Shown here piece by piece: positions 58,557-64,000 of a DNA stretch of 64,000 nt. Made by a program: the position numbers and the translations under genes. Below the pieces are notes generated by a model, which made no database searches, had not been told where the DNA came from, and saw only the letters and a list, made by a program, of their open reading frames with translations. Positions within the stretch are counted from its first letter, which is position 1. The number at the start of each line of letters is the position of its first letter. Source of the DNA: Candidatus Poribacteria bacterium (lineage in GTDB: Bacteria; Poribacteria; WGA-4E; PCPOR2b); assembly GCA_965116925.1 (NCBI GenBank), contig OZ220744.1:3712001-3776000 (forward strand). Reading direction: 5' to 3'.

Positions 58557-60443
58557 ATGGAGAAACGTTATGTCTTAGCCCTTGTACTTATGGTTGCTGT
58601 GATGTTTGGTTGGAGTTGGTTTTATGGTCGAAAACTCCCCAAGCCTGAACAAACAACCGAGCAAGCGACTGAGCAATCGAGGGAAGCCTCACCCCTCTCA
58701 CCAGATTCATCGTCAGCTTCCAGTGAACCAACAGTTGATACAATTCAATCAGTGCAGGTAGAGTCCCCATCGCGTCCCCGACAACCGGTTAGAGAGGATC
58801 AAACGGTTCAGGTTGAAACTGCGAAATATCATATTATGTTTTTAGTTGGACGATTCGCTTACGCACATGAATGGGGCCTTAAAGAATATCCGGACAGATC
58901 CGGTGTGGATAAATCGTTGTTTAACCTGATTCCAGAAACAGCCCAAAACTGCTTGTCAGTTCACTTTTTTAATGAGGGGTTGACGGTTGATGCTATGGAC
59001 ACGTTCTGGGAAACAGACAAAACAGAACTCATTCTTACAGATCAAAACCTGCAAGATACCCTTACATTTAGCAAGCAGATTGGAGAAAACCTCAGGGTCC
59101 TTAAAAAATTTACGTTTTATCATGATAGATATTACGTTGACCTCGAATTAACGTTCCAGAATTTATCCAATCAACCGTTGATTTCTCTTGATACGATGAG
59201 CGATAACCGTAACGGATATAAACTCCGTTGGGGTCCTGGGATTAATGCTGACCTTCTTGCACATGAACTCAAAAATGGTCGTGGACGACACAATTCAAAA
59301 AACGAAGGTGCCAGAGCGTTGAGCAGTGGTGCTAGCAAACCGGCTAAAGAATTTGATGACGATCAGACGATGGATCCGGTCTTGTGGGCGGGTATGAATA
59401 ATAAGTATTTTGCTGCACTCATGATTCCGGATGGAGTGATCAACGCGACATACGAACTGGAAACCCTCTCAGACAACGGCACAACGACCCCGGCGACTAT
59501 TACTGCTCCATCGGAAGCCGCGAGCCTCATTGTCCCTGGATTTTCATTGGATTCCAACAACAGTCGGGCAGACCAATTCCGCATCTATGTTGGTCCAAAG
59601 GAGTACAAAGTTCTAAAGAGAATCGAGCCACCGGGAACTCAAGAAGAAGACCTTCAACTCGCTGATATTATCGACTTTGGTTTCTTCTGGTATATTGCGT
59701 GGGTCATGCTCTGGCTCCTGAATTTCTTCTACGGTATCATCAAAAATTATGGAGTTGCCATTATTCTCCTGACTTTATTCGTGAAGGTGATCTCATACCC
59801 GCTGACCCGTAAAGGTTACAAATCCATGCAGGCGATGCAGAAGCTCCAACCCCTGCTTACAGAAATCCGTGAAAAGCATCGAGATGATCCACAGAAGCTC
59901 AATAAGGCGACGATGCAACTGTACAAAGAACACGGTGTTAATCCATTCGGTGGGTGCATCCCTTGGATTCCACAGATTCCGGTCTTCATTGCACTATTTG
60001 CACTCCTTGGCAACGCGGTTGAACTACGGGGGGCCCCTTTCTGTTTATGGATAGATGATCTCGCTTCCCCCGATGTCCTATTCACTCTTCCCTTTACAAT
60101 TCCATTCATCGGGGATGCATTTCGATTACTACCGATTGTCAACGGCTTCACTACCTGGTTACAACAGAAAACATCAGGCGGTATGGCACCTACGACTGAC
60201 AATATGCAAGCGAAGATTATGCAATTTATGCCTGTGCTCTTTGTTTTTATCCTTTATAACTTTGCGTCAGGGTTGGCACTCTATTGGCTATGTAACAATA
60301 TTTTTACCATTGGTCAACAATACTTACCCAAATTGTGGAAATCCGATGAAGCGGAAGAAACAACCCCTGTTAATACCTCATCGACCAAAAAACAACCTCA
60401 ATCCAAGAAACGACAGTCCCCAAACGCGAGCCGTAGGACATGA
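58557..60443 (+). CDS. yidC: Membrane protein insertase YidC
   Basis: YVGPK, DFG.F, NYGVAIILLT, GVNPFGGC, WIDDL, GLALYW. Confidence 0.96.
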   Translation: MEKRYVLALVLMVAVMFGWSWFYGRKLPKPEQTTEQATEQSREASPLSPDSSSASSEPTVDTIQSVQVESPSRPRQPVREDQTVQVETAKYHIMFLVGRFAYAHEWGLKEYPDRSGVDKSLFNLIPETAQNCLSVHFFNEGLTVDAMDTFWETDKTELILTDQNLQDTLTFSKQIGENLRVLKKFTFYHDRYYVDLELTFQNLSNQPLISLDTMSDNRNGYKLRWGPGINADLLAHELKNGRGRHNSKNEGARALSSGASKPAKEFDDDQTMDPVLWAGMNNKYFAALMIPDGVINATYELETLSDNGTTTPATITAPSEAASLIVPGFSLDSNNSRADQFRIYVGPKEYKVLKRIEPPGTQEEDLQLADIIDFGFFWYIAWVMLWLLNFFYGIIKNYGVAIILLTLFVKVISYPLTRKGYKSMQAMQKLQPLLTEIREKHRDDPQKLNKATMQLYKEHGVNPFGGCIPWIPQIPVFIALFALLGNAVELRGAPFCLWIDDLASPDVLFTLPFTIPFIGDAFRLLPIVNGFTTWLQQKTSGGMAPTTDNMQAKIMQFMPVLFVFILYNFASGLALYWLCNNIFTIGQQYLPKLWKSDEAEETTPVNTSSTKKQPQSKKRQSPNASRRT

Positions 60444-60527
60444 GATGCGGAACGCGCATCATAGATTCCAATAACACCATTCAAATAACTATAGATATTA
60501 TGCGGTTATTCGGGAGGATACTGAATC

Positions 60528-61178
60528 GTGCACCAATATATTGAAGTTGAAGAAAATACAACAGAGGAAGCCTTGGAAGCAGCCCTTAAAGAACTTGGTG
60601 TCAGTCGTGATCAAGTGAGTGTGAAGGTTATACATGAACCCACGAAAGGCATCCTTGGCTTAGGGGCAAAGCTTGCTAAAATCCGTGTGACCCTAAAAGA
60701 GGATATTTCTTCGACACCAGAGGCGGTACTTCATGAGATCCTAAGTCATATGGGGCTTGAGGCGGAGATTGAATCTCAAATCATCAATGGAAGTGTACAT
60801 CTTACAGTAAGTTCTGATAACCCCGGCATACTGATTGGTAAACATGGGCAAACACTGAATGCCGTTGAATATTTGCTGAATTGTATTTTGAATAGGTCAT
60901 CTCTCGTAAAGAAAAAGGTCTTCGTTGATGCGGAAGGTTACCGCGAACGTCGTGAACAGATGCTGACAGATCTGGCTTATCGTGCTGCAGCGAAGGTCAA
61001 ACAGACCCATCAAGAAATCGTCCTAGACCCGATGCCGCCTCGCGACCGTCGAATTATTCACGTTACCTTACAATCGGATGAGCATATTCGCACGTACAGC
61101 CGGGGTGAGGGAATAATGCGGCGCGTTGCTGTTACTACACGCGAAAGATATGAGTCAAATTCAAAGCAGTATGATTGA
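60528..61178 (+). CDS. jag: RNA-binding protein Jag/KhpB
   Basis: Jag_N KGILGLG, KH LIGKHGQTL, R3H RRIIH. Confidence 0.92.
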   Translation: MHQYIEVEENTTEEALEAALKELGVSRDQVSVKVIHEPTKGILGLGAKLAKIRVTLKEDISSTPEAVLHEILSHMGLEAEIESQIINGSVHLTVSSDNPGILIGKHGQTLNAVEYLLNCILNRSSLVKKKVFVDAEGYRERREQMLTDLAYRAAAKVKQTHQEIVLDPMPPRDRRIIHVTLQSDEHIRTYSRGEGIMRRVAVTTRERYESNSKQYD

Positions 61179-62556
61179 ATGGGATACAATTGCAGCCATT
61201 GCGACACCGCGGGGCGAAGGAGGTGTCGGTATTGTCCGAGTAAGCGGTCGGCTTGCTATTCCCATTGCCTGTCAGATTTTTCGATCGCCTCGCCACATCT
61301 CACCGGCTGAGTTGCCGAGCCACACATTGAATTATGGACATGTTGTCCAATCATCATCGGGAGAGATTATTGACGAAGTAATGCTCGGCATCATGCGGGC
61401 TCCAAAATCGTATACAGCGGAGGATGTGGTTGAATTTAACTGCCACGGCGGTATTGTTCCCCTCAAAGGTGTGCTTGAGCTAACGTTGAAAGCTGGAGCA
61501 CGTCTCGCGGCACCGGGAGAATTTACCAAACGTGCTTTTCTCAACGGGCGACTGGACCTAGCGCAGGCAGAAGCGGTCGTGGACCTCATTCGTTCAAAGA
61601 CCGATCTCACTCGCCAGATTGCAGTAGATCAGTTATCGGGCAAGCTATCCCAAACGATTAACGGACTCAACGATCGACTTGCAAATCTGCTTGCGGAAGT
61701 CGAGGCATCTATCGATTTTCCTGAAGAAGAACTCGATTTCATGGATTTAACGGTGATGCGGCAAACTGCCCAAGACATCCTTGATGACTTGGACCGGTTG
61801 ATTGCGACCGCATCGGCTGGCAAACTCCTGCGGGAAGGTGTGAACATCGCAATACTCGGACGACCAAACGTTGGGAAATCGAGTTTACTAAATACTTTGT
61901 TACAGGAAGATCGAGCGATAGTCACGGAAATACCGGGGACGACACGGGATACAATCGAAGCACCACTGAACCTTGGTGGGATTCCGCTCAATTTAATAGA
62001 CACTGCTGGGATACATCAAACGACAGATGTTGTTGAACAGCAAGGGGTAATGCGGAGCAAAGCCTATCTTGACCGTGCCGACCTGCTTTTAATCATGTTT
62101 GATTCATCCCGGTCCTTAACTGAGGAAGATCGAGAACTACTCCGTGCGGCGAAGGTCCGTAAATCAATCCTGATTCTGAACAAAATCGACCTATCCATTG
62201 TAACAACTCCCGCAGACTTCCATATCGACGCGCCTCAGAGGCCGGTGGTCCAAATTTCTCTCCTTGATGGCAAAGGGGTTGAAGAGTTGAAATCGGCAGT
62301 TCACCAAGAACTTCTTGAGGGAGATGCGATATGGGGGGATTCTCCAATTGTTACAAATGTTCGTCACTACGACGCGCTGCGTCGTGGAAGGCTTGCGCTT
62401 GGGCATGCAATAGAGAGCTTCACCCGACAGATGCCTCCAGACCTTGTAGCGGTCGATCTGCACAGCAGTTTAGATTGCCTCGGCGAAATTGTTGGAAAAA
62501 CAACAACGGAGGATATTTTGGGTAAGATTTTCTCCCAATTCTGCGTTGGAAAGTGA
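61171..62556 (+). CDS. mnmE: tRNA modification GTPase MnmE
   Basis: DTIAAIAT, GEFTKRAFLNG, GRPNVGKSSL, GTTRD, DTAG, NKID, FCVGK. Confidence 0.97.
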   Translation: MIEWDTIAAIATPRGEGGVGIVRVSGRLAIPIACQIFRSPRHISPAELPSHTLNYGHVVQSSSGEIIDEVMLGIMRAPKSYTAEDVVEFNCHGGIVPLKGVLELTLKAGARLAAPGEFTKRAFLNGRLDLAQAEAVVDLIRSKTDLTRQIAVDQLSGKLSQTINGLNDRLANLLAEVEASIDFPEEELDFMDLTVMRQTAQDILDDLDRLIATASAGKLLREGVNIAILGRPNVGKSSLLNTLLQEDRAIVTEIPGTTRDTIEAPLNLGGIPLNLIDTAGIHQTTDVVEQQGVMRSKAYLDRADLLLIMFDSSRSLTEEDRELLRAAKVRKSILILNKIDLSIVTTPADFHIDAPQRPVVQISLLDGKGVEELKSAVHQELLEGDAIWGDSPIVTNVRHYDALRRGRLALGHAIESFTRQMPPDLVAVDLHSSLDCLGEIVGKTTTEDILGKIFSQFCVGK

Positions 62557-62681
62557 AATGAGGCGTTAGAAAGCCAACGTACTGTTATCACAATAGGTAT
62601 TAAACTACAATCCTTTGAAATGTGGCTAAGCATGACCGAGCAACTGCTCATTGACGAAGAATGATGAAGGAGGGATATAAA

Positions 62682-62897
62682 ATGTTGACACAGCAACAGC
62701 AGTGGTGTCCTCGCTGCAAACGTTACGTTGAGACGGAACAGAAGCAGAATAAATTGGGTAGGCGCGGCAATCTAGTGCAACTCGTCACGACCTGCCAAAA
62801 GTGTCGAATAACGCTCAACAGTAAAACAGTTAGTGCTTCAGCTCTTGAGCAGATGCAAACAGAATCTGCTGCTGACCAGCCGATCCCTGGAGAATAA
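62682..62897 (+). CDS. Small Zn-ribbon protein
   Basis: CPRC...CQKC pairs; SD ggaggg. Confidence 0.6.
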   Translation: MLTQQQQWCPRCKRYVETEQKQNKLGRRGNLVQLVTTCQKCRITLNSKTVSASALEQMQTESAADQPIPGE

Positions 62898-63018
62898 TTA
62901 ACAAGTAATTTGCAATACAAATTACACTTTTTTTGCTTCTGTTCGTTTAAGATATTAGTAAACTGGCTTGGATTTTTAATTTCTATCCCTAAATTCCTTC
63001 AACATAAGGAGAAGAACA

Positions 63019-63915
63019 ATGTTAAATTCTGTTTGGAGACAAAGACAACCCATCGTGCTTGTTACCCTAGTATTACTTGTTGTTGTGGCTCCAATGGTGC
63101 TGGCAGAGGAGAAGATTGAGTGGGCGGAGTCAATTGAGAAAGGATTGGCAGAGGCGAAAAAAACAGGCAAGCCAATCATGATGGATTTCTACACCGAATG
63201 GTGAGGGTTCTGTAAGCGGCTGGATGCCGAAACGTTTACAGATCCGAAAATCGTTGAACTCTCGAAAAAATTTGTCAACCTCAAGGTCAATCCTGAAGAT
63301 ACAAACCACCCCGAAAATGAGGAAGCCCGTATCAAATACGGTGTCAGTGGATATCCAACGGTTGCATTTGTCAATTCCGAGGGAGAATTAATTGGTCTCA
63401 ATCCGGGCTTTAGTCCTCCAGAAGAATTTTTCGGAGTGATGGAAAGCATCTTCAAAGAGGAGGAGGCATTCACGGAGTTGAAGGTAGCGGTTCAGAAGAA
63501 TCCAAAGGATTTAAAAGCTAACGCTGGACTTGCACTGATTTACATCAAGCGCGGCAAATTTGAACAGGGGAAACCCCTATTTGATAAAGTTGTAAAACAG
63601 GATCGGGATAATAAAACGGGTCTTTTACCTGAGTTATATGTAAATTTTGCGATCTATTATGGGAATAATGCTGGGGGCAACAACGAGAAGGACTATTTCC
63701 AGAAAGCAGAGCAATTTTTCCAGAAGGTGATCGACACCTATCCGGACAGTAAGTTTTACGAAGATGCACAATATTATCTGGGGGTTACCTACGTGCTTCA
63801 AGGGAAATACGAATTGGCGACTGCAATACTTGAGAAGTTAAGTGATTCAGAAAATGAGGAGGTTCGACAACAGGCGGCAATCTGGCTGGAACAGGTCAAA
63901 AGTTCCATGAGGTAG
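63019..63915 (+). CDS. Exported thioredoxin-like (UxxC) + TPR protein, probable selenoprotein
   Basis: Signal peptide; DFYTEW-TGA-GFCKRL; frame stays open through YGVSGYPTV (cis-Pro) into the TPR ORF at 63436; 298 aa with read-through. Confidence 0.85.
63205..63245 (+). promoter_or_regulatory. Candidate bacterial SECIS hairpin
   Basis: ggttctgtaag pairs with tttacagatcc; upper stem cggc/gccg; loop tggat begins 17 nt after the UGA. Confidence 0.65.
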
Positions 63916-64000
63916 TAGGCAGTCAACCTTGCCGCGACAAATTTCGTCGTTGATTCACCGAATAAGCTTGAGATCCCCTCAATTGGTGTGTGAGAGACTC

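Overview
A 64-kb bacterial chromosomal segment. The gene content (PhyH dioxygenase, SDRs, several enolase-superfamily dehydratases, a giant YCF48/BNR lipoprotein, DUF4159 and VWA membrane proteins, TIR/TPR proteins) and the dense intergenic REP/MITE load resemble Candidatus Poribacteria; this is an inference, not a search result. Housekeeping genes: a solitary EF-G paralog, purN, murA, hisD, htpG, leuB, pdxH and rnpA-yidD-yidC-jag-mnmE. There are two accessory/defence patches. The first (3.6-11.4 kb) holds a fused MNT-HEPN gene, a type IIG-like R-M fusion, a dif-like site, AT-rich nuclease-like genes sharing a 68-bp leader, and a deleted IS3. The second (36.5-42 kb) holds an R-M TRD remnant, VapBC, a split TIR-TPR gene and DUF433/DUF5615, separated by 9-mer hairpin repeats. 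A non-autonomous IS605-type tnpB element inserted almost silently at a stop codon. Main highlights: a probable exported selenoprotein (thioredoxin UxxC + TPR, with a SECIS-like hairpin) that the ORF track splits in two; a sigma-54 promoter with paired NtrC-like enhancer sites; a 57-bp ECF-like promoter motif present twice near an anti-sigma/RseB operon; and several MITE families carrying interchangeable REP-like cargo. No rRNA, tRNA or CRISPR array was recognised. All product calls come from motif recognition by eye.
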